Part shown: in pieces, positions 1-13,852 of the stretch
How the letters are laid out: each line of letters begins with the position of its first letter
Position numbering within the stretch: position 1 is the first letter of the stretch
Assembly: GCA_027923505.1 (NCBI GenBank)
Contig: BROI01000002.1
Span: 620,001-684,000, forward strand
Direction of reading: 5' to 3'
DNA length: 64,000 nucleotides
DNA from: Mayamaea pseudoterrestris
Lineage: Eukaryota
Position numbers and translations under genes: made by a program
Notes under the pieces: model-generated
Database searches by the model: none
The model's input: the letters and a program-made list of their open reading frames with translations, nothing else
What the model was told of the DNA's origin: nothing

Positions 1-3000
1 GCTAGCGGTGCACCTTAAGTGGCAATTGAACCTTCCAAAATGGCCTGCAGACCTCATAATACAACCAATATGGATTTGAACAATGATTGGGACTCAAAGA
101 CTTGTCCATTTGGGCGTAGAGCCATCACCATGCCCTGAGACTCCGCACATTCAACCAATGGTTGAATGTGCCAGCCCTGCTCCCTTTTTGGCTGCAAAGA
201 TCATCAGCATTGCCCGCTGAGCCCTCCAATTTCTTTCAAATCATGTTTGTTGTCAATGCTGGGCCATAAGTTGGTGAGTTGCACCTCAGCATCCATCACC
301 ATGTCTGTCACAGTGAGACTGAGCAGATCCAACAACTTGTTGGATCTGCTAGCGTTGGATCTGCTAGCGGTGCACCTCAAGTGCCAATTGAGACTTCCAA
401 AATGATCTACAGACCCCATAATACATTCAGTAAGGACTTGAACAATGATTGGGACTCATAGACTTGTCCATTCGGGCGTAGATCCATCACCATGCCCTGA
501 GACTCCACACATTCAACCAATGGTTGAATGTGCCAGCCCTGCTCCCTTTTTGGCTGCAAAGATCATCAGCATTGCCTGCTGAGCCCTCCAATTTCTTTCA
601 AATCATGTTTGTTGTCAATGCCCCATAAGTTGGTGAGTTGCACCTCAGCATCCATCACCATGTGTGTCACAGTGAGACTGAGCAGATCCAACAACTTGTT
701 GGATCTGCTAGCGGTGCACCTCAAGTGGCAATTGAGACTTCCAAAATGGTCTGAAGACCCCATAATACAACCAGTAAGGACTTGAACAATGATTGAGACT
801 CATAGACTTGTCCATTTGGGCATAGAGCCATCACCATGCCCTGAGACTCCACACATTCAACCAATGGTTGAATGTGCCAGCCCTGCTCCCTTTTTGGCTG
901 CAGGGATTATCCGAATTGCCCGCTGAGCCCTCCAATTTCTTTCAAATCATGTTTGTTGTCAATGCTGGGCCATAAGTTGGTGAGTTGCACCTCAGCATCC
1001 ATCACCATGTAGCGACGTCACCCGTGGCAATTGAACCTTCAGCAAAAAAAGTCATTGGCAGGCATCACCTGCCCCGCAACTGAGCCCAACAACATGTTGG
1101 ACAAGTGTACTCAAGTGGCATTGAGATTCCAAGATGCGCCGCTAGACCCCAACAGCCAAACATGGACTTACCAGTTGAAGTGACTCAAGACTTGTCCATT
1201 TGGCGTAGGCCATCACTATGCCCTGAGACTCGCACATTCAACAACTGGTTGAATGTGCCAGCCTGCTCCTTTTTGGCTGCAGGGATAATCAGCATTGCCC
1301 GCTGAGCCCTCCAATTTCTTTCAAATCATGTTTGTTGTCAATGACTAGGCAATAAGTTGGTCCATTGCACCTCAGCATCCGTCACCATGAGACTGAACAG
1401 ATCCTACAACTTGTTGGATCTGCTAGCGGCGCACCTCAAGTGGCAATTGAACCTTCCAAAATGGCCTGCAGACCCCATAATACAACCAATATTTGGATTT
1501 GAATGTTGATTGGGACTCATAGACTTGTCCATTTGGGCGTAGAGCCATCACCATGCCCTGAGACTCCGCACACTCAACCAATGGTTGAATGTGCCAGCCC
1601 TGCTCCCTTTTTGGCTGCAAAGATCATCAGCATTGCCCGCTGAGCCCTCCAATTTCTTTCAAATCATGTTTGTTGTCAATGCTGGGCCATAAGTTGGTGA
1701 GTTGCACCTCAGCATCCATCAACATGTCTGTCACAGTGAGACTGAGCAGATCCAACAACTTGTTGGATCTGCTAGCGGTGCACCTCAAGTGGCAATTGAG
1801 ACTTCTAAAATGGTCTGCAGACCCCATAATACATCCAATATGGACTTGAACAATTATTGAGACTCATAGGCTTGTCCATTTGGGCGTAGAGCCATCACCA
1901 TGCCCTGAGACTCCACACATTCAACCAATGGTTGAATGTGCCAGCCCTGCTCCCATTTTGGCTGCAAAGATCATCAGCATTGCCCGCTGAGCCCTCCAAT
2001 TTCTTTCAAATCATGTTTGTTGTCAATGCTGGTCCATAAGTTGGTGAGTTGCACCTCAGCATCCATCACCATGTCTGTCACAGTGAGACTGAGCAGATCC
2101 AACAACTTGTTGGATCTGCTAGCGTTGGATCTGCTAGCGGTGCACCTCAAGTGGCAATTAAGACTTCCAAAATGTTCTGCAGAACCCATAATACATTCCG
2201 TAAGGACTTGAATAATGATTGGGACTCATAGACTTGTCCATTTGGGCATAGAGCCATCACCATGCCCTGAGACTCCGCACATTCAACTAATGGTTGAATG
2301 TGCCAGCCCTGCTCCCTTTTTGGCTGCAGGGATCATCAGCATTGCCCACTGAGCCCTCCAATTTCTTTCAAATCATGTTTGTTGTCAATGATGGGCCATA
2401 AGCTGGTGAGTTGCACCTCAGCATCCATCACCATGTATGCCACAGTGAGACTGAGCAGATCCAACAACTTGTTGGATCTGCTAGCGTTGGATCTGCTAGT
2501 GGCGCATCTCAAGTGGCAATTGAACCTTCCAAAATGGCCTGCAGACCCCATAATACAACCAATATTTGGATTTGAATGTTGATTGGGACTCAAAGACTTG
2601 TCCATTTGGGTGTAGAGCCATCACCAAGCCCTGAGACTACGCACATTCAACCAATGGTTGAATGTGCCAGCCCTGCTACCTTTTTGGCTGCAAAGATCAT
2701 CAGCATTGCCCGCTGAGCCCTCCAATTTCTTTCAAATCATGCTTTTTGTCAATGCTGGGCCATAAGTTGGTGAGTTGCACCTCAGCACCCATCACCATGT
2801 CTATCACAGTGAGACTGAGCAGATCCAACAACTTGTTGGATCTGCTAGCGCTGCACCTCAAGTGGCAATTGAGACTTCCAAAATGGGCTGCAGACCACAT
2901 AATACATTCAATATGGACTTGAACAATGATTGGGACTCATAGACTTGTCCATTTGGGCGTAGAGCCATCACCATGCCCTGAGACTCCGCACATTCAACCA

Positions 3001-6000
3001 ATGGTTGAATGTGCCAGCCTTGCTCCCTTTTTGGCTGCAGGGATCATCCGAATTGCCCGCTGAGCCCTCCAATTTCTTTCAAATCATGTTTGTTGTCAAT
3101 GCTGGGCCATAAGTTGGTGAGTTGCACCTCAGCATCCATCACCATGTCTGTCACAGTGAGACTGAGCAGATCCAACAACTTGTTGGATCTGCTAGCGGTG
3201 CACCTCAAGTGGCAATTGAGACTTCCAAAAGGGTCTGCAGACCCCATAATACATCCAATATGGACTTGAACAATTATTGAGACTCATAGGCTTGTCCATT
3301 TGGGCGTAGAGCCATCACCATGCCCTGAGACTCCGCACATTCAACCAATGGTTGAATGTGCCAGCCCTGCTCCCTTTTTGGCTGCAGGGATCATCCGGAT
3401 TGCCCGCTGAGCCCTCCAATCTCTTTCAAATCATGTTTGTTGTCAATGATGGGCCATAAGTTGGTCAGTTGCACCTCAGCATCCATCACCATGTATGTCA
3501 CAGTGAGACTGAGCACCTCCAACAACTTGTTGGATATGCCAGCGGTGCACCTCAGGTGGCAAGGGAAACTTCCAAAATGGCCTGCAGACCCCATAATACA
3601 ACCGATATGGACTTGAACATTGATTGGGACTCATAGACTTGTTCATTTGGGTGTGTAAGCCATCACCATGCCCTGAGACTCCGCACATTCAACCAATGGT
3701 TGAATGTGCCAGCCCTGCTCCCTTTTCGGCTGCAGGGATCATCAGCATTGCCTGCTGAGCCCTCCAATTTCTTTTGAATCATGTTTCTTGTCAATGATGA
3801 TCCATAAGTTGGTCAGTTGCATCTCAGCATCCATCAATGTATGCCACAGAGTGAAAGAGCACATCCAACAACTTGTTGGATCTGCTAGCGGTGCACCTCA
3901 AGTGGCAAGGGAAACTTCCAAAATGGCCTGCAGACCCCATAATACAACCAATATGGACTTGAACAATGATTGGGACTCATAGACTTGTCCATTTGGGCGT
4001 AGAGCCATCACCATACCCTGAGACTCCGCACATTCAACCAATGGTTAAATGTGCCAGCCCTGCTCCATTTTTGGCTGCAGGGATCATCAGCATTGCCCGC
4101 TGAGCCCTCCAATTTCTATCAAATCATGTTTGTTGTCAATGATGGGCCATAAGTTGGTGAGTTGCACCTCAGCATCCATCACCATGTCTGTCACAGTGAG
4201 ACTGAGCAGATCCAACAACTTGTTGGATCTGCTAGCGGTGCACCTCAAGTGGCAATTGAGACTTCCAAAATGGCCTGCAGACCCCATAATACAACCAATA
4301 TGGATTTGAATGTTGATTGGGACTCATAGACTTGTCCATTTGGGCGTAGAGCCATCACCATACCCTGAGACTCCGCACATTCAACCAATGGTTAAATGTG
4401 CCAGCCCTGCTCCATTTTTGGCTGCAGGGATCATCAGCATCGCCCGCTGAGCCCTCCAATTTCTATCAAATCATGTTTGTTGTCAATGATGGGCCATAAG
4501 TTGGTGAGTTGCACCTCAGCATTCATCACCATGTCTGTCACAGTGAGACTGAGCAGATCCAACAACTTGTTGGATCTGCTAGCGGTGCACCTCAAGTGGC
4601 AATTGAACCTTCCAAAATGGCCTGCAGACCCCATAATACAGCCAATATGGATTTGAATGTTGATTGGGACTCATAGACTTGTCCATTTGGGCGTAGAGCC
4701 ATCACCATGCCCTGAGACTCCGCACATTCAACCAATGGTTAAATGTGCCAGCCCTGCTCAATTTTTGGCTGCAGGGATCATCAGCATTGCCCGCTGAGCC
4801 CTCCAATTTCTTTCAAATCATGTTTGTTGTCAATGATGGGCCATAAGTTGGTGAGTTGCACCTCAGCATCCATCACCATGTCTGTCACAGTGAGACTGAG
4901 CAGATCCAACAACTTGTTGGATCTGCTAGCGGTGCACCTCAAGTGGCAATTGAGACTTCCAAAATGGCCTGCAGACCCCATAATACAACCAATATGGATT
5001 TGAATGTTGATTGGGACTCATAGACTTGTCCATTTGGGCGTAGAGCCATCACCATGCCCTGAGACTCTGCACATTCAACCAATGGTTGAATGTGCCAGCC
5101 CTGCTCCCTTTTTGGCTGCAGGGATCATCCGGATTGCCCGCTGAGCCCTCCAATTTCTTTTAAATCATGTTTGTTGTCAATGCTGGGCCATAAGTTGGTG
5201 AGTTGCACCTCAGCATCCATCACCATGTCTGTCACAGTGAGACTGAGCAGATCCAACAACTTGTTGGATCTGCTAGCGGTGCACCTCAAGTGGCAATTGA
5301 ACCTTCCAAAATGGCCTGCAGACCCCATAATACAACCAATATGGATTTGAATGTTGATTGGGACTCATAGACTTGTCCATTTGGGCGTAGAGCCATCACC
5401 ATGCCCTGAGACTCTGCACATTCAACCAATGGTTGAATGTGCCAGCCCTGCTCCCATTTTGGCTGCAAAGATCATCAGCATTGCCCGCTGAGCCCTCCAA
5501 TTTCTTTCAAATCATGTTTGTTGTCAATGATGGGCCATAAGTTGGTCAGTTGCACCTCAGCATCCATCACCATGTACGCCATTGTGAGACTGAGCGGATC
5601 CAACAACTTGTTGGATCTGCTAGCGGTGCACCTCAAGTGGCAAGTGAGACTTCCAAAATGGCCTGCAGACCCCATAATACAACCAATATGGATTTGAATG
5701 TTGATTGGGACTCATAGACTTGTCCATTTGGGCGTGGAGCCATCACCATGCCCTGAGACTCCGCACATTCAACCAATGGTTGAATGTGCCAGCCCTGCTC
5801 CCTTTTTGGCTGCAGGGATCATCCGGATTGCCCGCTGAGCCCTCCAATTTCTTTCAAATCATGTTTGTTGTCAATGCTGGGCCATAAGTTGGTGAGTTGC
5901 ACCTCAGCATCCATCACCATGTCTGTCACAGTGAGACTGAGCAGATCCAACAACTTGTTGGATCTGCTAGCGGTGCACCTCAAGTGGCAATTGAGATTTC

Positions 6001-9000
6001 CTAAAGGGTCTGCAGACCCCATAATACAACCAATATGGACTTGAACATTGATTGGGACTCATAGACTTGTCCATTTGGGCGTAGAGCCATCACCATGCCC
6101 TGAGACTCCGCACATTCAACCAATGGTTGAATGTGCCAGCCCTGCTCCCTTTTTGGCTGCAGGGATCATCAGCATTGCCCGCTGAGCCCTCCAATTTCTT
6201 TCAAATCATGTTTGTTGTCAATGATGGGCCATAAGTTGGTGAGTTGCACCTCAGCATCCATCACCATGTATGCCACAGTGAGACTGAGCAGATCCAACAA
6301 CTTGTTGGATCTGCTAGCGGTGCACCTCAAGTGGCAATTGAGACTTCCAAAATGGCCTGCAGACCCCATAATACAACCAATATGGATTTGAATGTTGATT
6401 GGGACTCATAGACTTGTCCATTTGGGCGTAGAGCCATCACCATGCCCTGAGACTCCGCACATTCAACCAATGGTTGAATGTGCCAGCCCTGCTCCCTTTT
6501 TGGCTGCAGGGATCATCAGCATTGCCCGCTGAGCCCTCCAATTTCTTTCAAATCATGTTTGTTGTCAATGATGGGCCATAAGTTGGTCAGTTGCACCTCA
6601 GCATCCATCACCATGTATGCCACAGTGAGACTGAGCAGATTCAACAACTTGTTGGATCTGCTAGCGGTGCACCTCAAGTGGCAAGTGAGACTTCCAAAAT
6701 GGCCTGCAGACCCCATAATACAACCAATATGGACTTGAACATTGATTGGGACTCATAGACTTGTCCATTTGGGCGTGGAAGCCATCACCATGCCCTGAGA
6801 CTCCGCACATTCAACCAATGGTTGAATGTGCCAGCCCTGCTCCCTTTTTGGCTGCAGGGATCATCAGCATTGCCCGCTGAGCCCTCCAATTTCTTTCAAA
6901 TCATGTTTGTTGTCAATGCTGGGCCATAAGTTGGTGAGTTGCACCTCAGCATCCATCACCATGTATGCCACAGTGAGACTGAGCAGATCCAACAACTTGT
7001 TGGATCTGCTAACGGTGCACCTCAAGTGGCAATTGAACCTTCCAAAATGGTCTGAAGACCCCATAATACAACCCGTATGGACTTGAACAATGATTGGGAC
7101 TCAAAGACTTGTCCATTTGGGCAGCCATCACTTTGCCCTGAGACTCCGCACATTCAACCACTGGTTGAATGTGCCAGCCCTGCTCCCTTTTTTGCTGCAG
7201 GGATCATTAGCATTGCCCGCTGAGCCCTCCAATTTCTTTCAAATCATGTTTGTTGTCAATGCTGGGCCATAAGTTGGTGAGTTGCACCTCAGCATCCATC
7301 ACCATGTATGTCACAGTGAGACTGAGCAGATCCAACAACTTGTTGGATCTGCTAGCGGTGCACCTCAAGTGGCAATTGAGACTTCCAAAATGGTCCGCAG
7401 ACCCCAAAATTCATTCAATATGGACTTGAACAATAAATGGGACTTCAAGACATGTCCATTTGGGCTGGGCCATAAGTTGGTGAGTTGCACCTCAGCATCC
7501 ATCACCATGTCTGTCACAGTGAGACTGAGCAGATCCAACAACTTGTTGGATCTGCTAGCGGTGCACCTCAAGTGGCAATTGAGATTTCCTAAAGGGTCTG
7601 CAGACCCCATAATACAACCAATATGGACTTGAACATTGATTGGGACTCATAGACTTGTCCATTTGGGCGTAGAGCCATCACCATGCCCTGAGACTCCGCA
7701 CATTCAACCAATGGTTGAATGTGCCAGCCCTGCTCCCTTTTTGGCTGCAGGGATCATCAGCATTGCCCGCTGAGCCCTCCAATTTCTTTCAAATCATGTT
7801 TGTTGTCAATGATGGGCCATAAGTTGGTGAGTTGCACCTCAGCATCCATCACCATGTATGCCACAGTGAGACTGAGCAGATCCAACAACTTGTTGGATCT
7901 GCTAGCGGTGCACCTCAAGTGGCAATTGAGACTTCCAAAATGGCCTGCAGACCCCATAATACAACCAATATGGATTTGAATGTTGATTGGGACTCATAGA
8001 CTTGTCCATTTGGGCGTAGAGCCATCACCATGCCCTGAGACTCCGCACATTCAACCAATGGTTGAATGTGCCAGCCCTGCTCCCTTTTTGGCTGCAGGGA
8101 TCATCAGCATTGCCCGCTGAGCCCTCCAATTTCTTTCAAATCATGTTTGTTGTCAATGATGGGCCATAAGTTGGTCAGTTGCACCTCAGCATCCATCACC
8201 ATGTATGCCACAGTGAGACTGAGCAGATTCAACAACTTGTTGGATCTGCTAGCGGTGCACCTCAAGTGGCAAGTGAGACTTCCAAAATGGCCTGCAGACC
8301 CCATAATACAACCAATATGGACTTGAACATTGATTGGGACTCATAGACTTGTCCATTTGGGCGTAGAGCCATCACCATGCCCTGAGACTCCGCACATTCA
8401 ACCAATGGTTGAATGTGCCAGCCCTGCTCCCTTTTTGGCTGCAGGGATCATCAGCATTGCCCGCTGAGCCCTCCAATTTCTTTCAAATCATGTTTGTTGT
8501 CAATGCTGGGCCATAAGTTGGTGAGTTGCACCTCAGCATCCATCACCATGTATGCCACAGTGAGACTGAGCAGATCCAACAACTTGTTGGATCTGCTAAC
8601 GGTGCACCTCAAGTGGCAATTGAACCTTCCAAAATGGTCTGAAGACCCCATAATACAACCCGTATGGACTTGAACAATGATTGGGACTCAAAGACTTGTC
8701 CATTTGGGCAGCCATCACTTTGCCCTGAGACTCCGCACATTCAACCACTGGTTGAATGTGCCAGCCCTGCTCCCTTTTTTGCTGCAGGGATCATTAGCAT
8801 TGCCCGCTGAGCCCTCCAATTTCTTTCAAATCATGTTTGTTGTCAATGCTGGGCCATAAGTTGGTGAGTTGCACCTCAGCATCCATCACCATGTATGTCA
8901 CAGTGAGACTGAGCAGATCCAACAACTTGTTGGATCTGCTAGCGGTGCACCTCAAGTGGCAATTGAGACTTCCAAAATTGCCAGCAGACCCCAAAATTCA

Positions 9001-12000
9001 TTCAATATGGACTTGAACAATAAATGGGACTTCAAGACATGTCCATTTGGGTGTGGGCGCCATCACCATGCCCTGAGACTCTGCACGTTCAACCAATGGT
9101 TGAATGTGCCAGCCCTGCTCCCTTTTGTCTGCAGGGATCATCAGCATTGACCGCTGAGCCCTCCAATTTCTAGAAAATCATGTTTGGCCATCACCATGCC
9201 CTGAGACTCTGCACGTTCAACCAATGGTTGAATGTGCCAGCCCTGCTCCCTTTTGTCTGCAGGGATCATCAGCATTGACCGCTGAGCCCTCCAATTTCTA
9301 TAAAATCATGTTTGTTGTCAATGCTGGGCCATAAGTTGGTCCGTTGCACCTCAGCATCCATCACCATGTCTGTCACAGTGAGACTGAGCAGATCCAACAA
9401 CTTGTTGGATCTGCTAGCGGTGCACCTCAAGTGGCAATTGAGACTTCCAAAATGGTCTGCAGACCCCATAATACAAACAATATGGACTTGAACAATGATT
9501 GGGACTCATAGACTTGTCCATTTGGGCGTAGAGCCATCACCATGCCCTGAGACTCCGCACATTCAACCAATGGTTGAATGTGCCAGCCCTGCTCCCTTTT
9601 TGCCTGCAAAGATCATCAGCATTGCCCGCTGAGCCCTCCAATCTCTTTCAAATCATGTTTGTTGTCAATGATGGGCCATGAGTTGGTCCCTTGCACCTCA
9701 GCATCCATCACCATGTCTGTCACAGTGAGACTAAGCAGATCCAACAACTTGTTGGATCTGCTAGCGGTGCACCTCAAGTGGCAATTGAGACTTCCAAAAT
9801 GGTCCGCAGACCCCATAATACATTCAATATGGACTTGAACAATGATTGGGACTCATAGACTTGTCCATTTGGGCGTGGAGCCATCACCATGCCCTGAGAC
9901 TCCGCACATTCAACCAATGGTTGAATGTGCCAGCCCTGCTCCCTTTTTGGCTGCAGGGATCATCCGGATTGCCCGCTGAGCCCTCCAATCTCTTTCAAAT
10001 CATGTTTGTTGTCAATGATGGGCCATAAGTTGGTCCGTTGCACCTCAGCATCCATCACCATGTCTGTCACAGTGAGACTGAGCAGATCCAACAACTTGTT
10101 GGATCTGCTAGCGGTGCACCTCAAGTGGCAATTGAACCTTCCAAAATGGTCTGTAGACCACATAATACAACCAGTACGGACTTGAACAATGATTGGGACT
10201 CAAAGACTTGTCCATTTGGGCGTAGAGCCATCACCTTGCCCTGAGACTGCGCACATTCAATTTATTAGTTGAATGTGCCAGCCCTGCTCCCTTTTTGGCT
10301 GCAGGGATCATCAGCATTGCCCGCTGAGCCCTCCAATTTCTTTCAAATCATGTTTGTTGTCAATGATGGGCCATAAGTTGGTGAGTTGCACCTCAGCATC
10401 CATCACCATGTCTGTCACAGTGAGACTGAGCAGATCCAACAACTTGTTGGATCTGCTAGCGGCGCACCTCAAGTGGCAATTGAACCTACAAAATGGCCTG
10501 CAGACCCCATAATACAACCAATATGGATTTGAATGTTGATTGGGACTCATAGACTTGTCCATTTGGGCGTAGAGCCATCACCATGCCCTGAGACTCCGCA
10601 CATTCAACCAATGGTTGAATGTGCCAGCCCTGCTCCCTTTTTGGCTGCAAAGATCATCAGCATTGCCCGCTGAGCCCTCCAATTTCTTTCAAATCATGTT
10701 TGTTGTCAATGCTGGGCCATAAGTTGGTGAGTTGCACCTCAGCATCCATCACCATGTCTGTCACAGTGAGACTGAACAGATCCAACAAATTGTTGGATCT
10801 GTTAGCGATGCACCTCAAGTGGCAAGTGAGACTTCCAAAATTGCCAGCAGACCCCAAAATACATTCAATATGGACTTGAACAATAAATGGGACTTAACGA
10901 CATGTCCATTTGGGTGTGGGCGCCATCACCATGCCCTGAGACTCCGCACATTCAACCAATGGTTGAATGTGCCAGCCCTGCTCCCTTTTTGGCTGCAAAG
11001 ATCATCAGCATTGCCCACTGAGCCCTCCAATTTCTTTCAAATCATGTTTGTTGTCAATGCTGGGCCATAAGTTGGTGAGTTGCACCTCAGCATCCATCAC
11101 CATGTCTGTCACAGTGAGACTGAGCAGATCCAACAACTTGTTGGATCTGCTAGCGGTGCACCTCAAGTGGCAATTGAGACTTCCAAAATGGTCTGCAGAC
11201 CCCATAATACATTCAATAAGGACTTGAACAATGATTGGGACTCATAGACTTGTCCATTTGGGCGTAGAGCCATCACCATGCCCTGAGACTCCGCACATTC
11301 AACCAATGGTTGAATGTGCCAGCCCTGCTCCCTTTTTGGCTGCAGGGATCATCAGCATTGCCCACTGAGCCCTCCAATTTCTTTCAAATCATGTTTGTTG
11401 TCAATGATGGGCCATAAGTTGGTAAGTTGCACCTCAGCATCATCACCATGTATGCCACAGTGAGACTGAGCAGATCCAACAACTTGTTGGATCTGCTAGC
11501 GTTGGATCTGCTAGTGGCGCATCTCAAGTGGCAATTGAACCTTCCAAAATGACCTGCAGACCCCAAAATACAACCAAAATGGACTTGAACACTGATTGGA
11601 ACACATAGATTTGTCCGTTTGGGGTGGAAGCCATCATCATGCCCTGAGACTCCGCACATTCAACCAATGGTTGAATGTGCCAGCCCTGCTACCTTTTTGG
11701 CTGCAAAGATCATCAGCATTGCCCGCTGAGCCCTCCAATTTCTTTCAAATCATGCTTTTTGTCAATGCTGGGCCATAAGTTGGTGAGTTGCACCTCAGCA
11801 TCCATCACCATGTCTGTCACAGTGAGACTGAGCAGATCCAACAACTTGTTGGATCTGCTAGCGGTGCACCTCAAGTGGCAAGGGAAACTTCCAAAATGGC
11901 CTGCAGACCCCATAATACAACCGATATGGACTTGAACATTGATTGGGACTCATAGACTTGTCCATTTGGGCGTAGAGCCATCACCATGCCCTGAGACTCC

Positions 12001-13020
12001 GCACATTCAACCAATGGTTGAATGTGCCAGCCCTGCTCCCTTTTTGGCTGCAGGGATCATCCGGATTGCCCGCTGAGCCCTCCAATTTCTTTCAAATCAT
12101 GTTTGTTGTCAATGCTGGGCCATAAGTTGGTGAGTTGCACCTCAGCATCCATCACCATGTCTGTCACAGTGAGACTGAGCAGATCCAACAACTTGTTGGA
12201 TCTGCTAGCGGTGCACCTCAAGTGGCAATTGAGACTTCCAAAATGGTCTGCAGACCCCATAATACATCCAATATGGACTTGAACAATTTTTGAGACTCAT
12301 AGGCTTGTCCATTTGGGCGTAGAGCCATCACCATGCCCTGGACTCCGCCACCACGGTCTCCCTTTTTGGCTGCAGGGATCATCCGCATTGCCCGCTGGGC
12401 CCTAAATTTCTTTCAAATCATGTTTGTTGTCAATGCTGGGCCATAAGTTGGTGAGTTGCACCTCAGCATCCATCACCATGTCTGTCACAGTGGACAGCAG
12501 ACTCAACAACTTGTTGGGCCCTCATGACATAAGCTGAAACACGCGAACCAAGGGGCTCATAGACTTGTCCATTGGGCGTGGGCCATCACCATGCCCTGAG
12601 ACTCCACACATTCAACCGTTGGTTGAATGTGCCAGCCCTGCTCCCTTTTTGGCTGCAGGGATCATCAGCATTGCCTGCTGAGCCCTCTAATTTCTTTTAA
12701 ACCATGTTTGTTGTCAATGATGGGCCATAAGTTGGTGAGTTGCACCTCAGCATCCATCACCATGTCTGTCACAGTGAGACGAGAATTGAACTGGATCTGC
12801 TAGCGGTTGCACACCGAAAACTTCCAAAATGGTCCGAGACCCCATAATACATTCAATATGGACTTGGACAATGGTTGGGACTCATAGACTTGTCCATTTG
12901 GGCGTGGAGCCATCACCATACCCTGAGACTCCGCACATTCAGCCAATGGTTGAATGTCCCAGCCCTCCCTTTTTGGCTGCAAGATAAATTGCAGACTCAT
13001 CAGCAGTTGCCCCGTGTAGC
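1..13020. repeat. Satellite I array, left block (347-bp unit = 171+176-bp dimer); continues beyond the window start
   Basis: The same sequence recurs every 347 bp (repeat-derived ORF starts at 4049, 4396, 4743, 5090, 5437, 5784, 6131, 6478). Some units are 362-364 bp because of a 15-bp internal duplication. Noisy patches occur at ~1010-1400 and ~12340-13020. Confidence 0.98.
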
Positions 13021-13852
13021 CCTCCCATAGTCGCAGGAATCAACTATGGATGATTTTATGCACCAATCTCACTGCAAGCATGTCCACAAGCATTGTCAAA
13101 CAGGATTGATGGAGCAAGACTACAATGGGTGGTAGGTTAAAGGCCATGCACGGTAGCTCCATGAACTGCCCTCCCATACCATAGCTGCTTGGAATCAGCT
13201 ATGGATTTTTTTTGCACCAGAAACACTGCAAGCATATTTCCAAGAATAGCCAAATAGGATTGATGGAGCAAGACTACAATTGGGGGTTGGTTTGGAAGGC
13301 CATGCACTGTACCGTAACACCATGGAGATGGCTACTGTGTGGGTGTTTGAATTGCCCTCCCGTAACGTAGCTGCTTGGAATCAGCTATGGATGATTTTTA
13401 AGCACCAATCTCACCGCAACCATGTCCCTAAGCATAGCCAAACAGGATTGATTGAGCAAGACTACACGTGGGGGTAGATTTGGAAGGCAATGCACTGTAG
13501 CACCATGGAGCTGGTACCTGTGTAAATGTCTGAATGGCCCTCCCATACCGTAGCTGCTTGGAATCAGCTATGAAGGATTTTTATGCACCAATCTCACTGC
13601 AAGGTTGTCCACAAGCATTGTCAAACAGGATTGATGGAACAAGACTACAATTGGGGGTTGGTTTGAAGGCCGCCTGTAGCACCATGGAGCTGGTTCCTGT
13701 GTAGATGTCTGAATTGCCCTCACATACCGTAGCTGCTTGGAATTGGCTACAGAGGATTTTTATGCACCAATCTCACCGCAAGTATGTCCCCAAGCAGGCC
13801 TACACCATGGCTTGGTCCACACGATGGTCATAGCCACACCCCAAGTTGTGGA
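13021..13852. repeat. Block of Satellite II (~4.5 units) plus the first ~60 bp of Satellite III, embedded in Satellite I
   Basis: Near-identical to ~18324-19188, including the Sat-II/Sat-III junction (caggcctacaccatggcttggtccacacg). Rejoins Sat-I at gtgga|ccataagttgg. Confidence 0.9.

Noticed and set aside
1010..1400. Apparently novel insert within Satellite I
   Set aside because: It is still alignable to the unit with many small indels, and is most simply low-quality consensus. The same applies to ~12340-13020.
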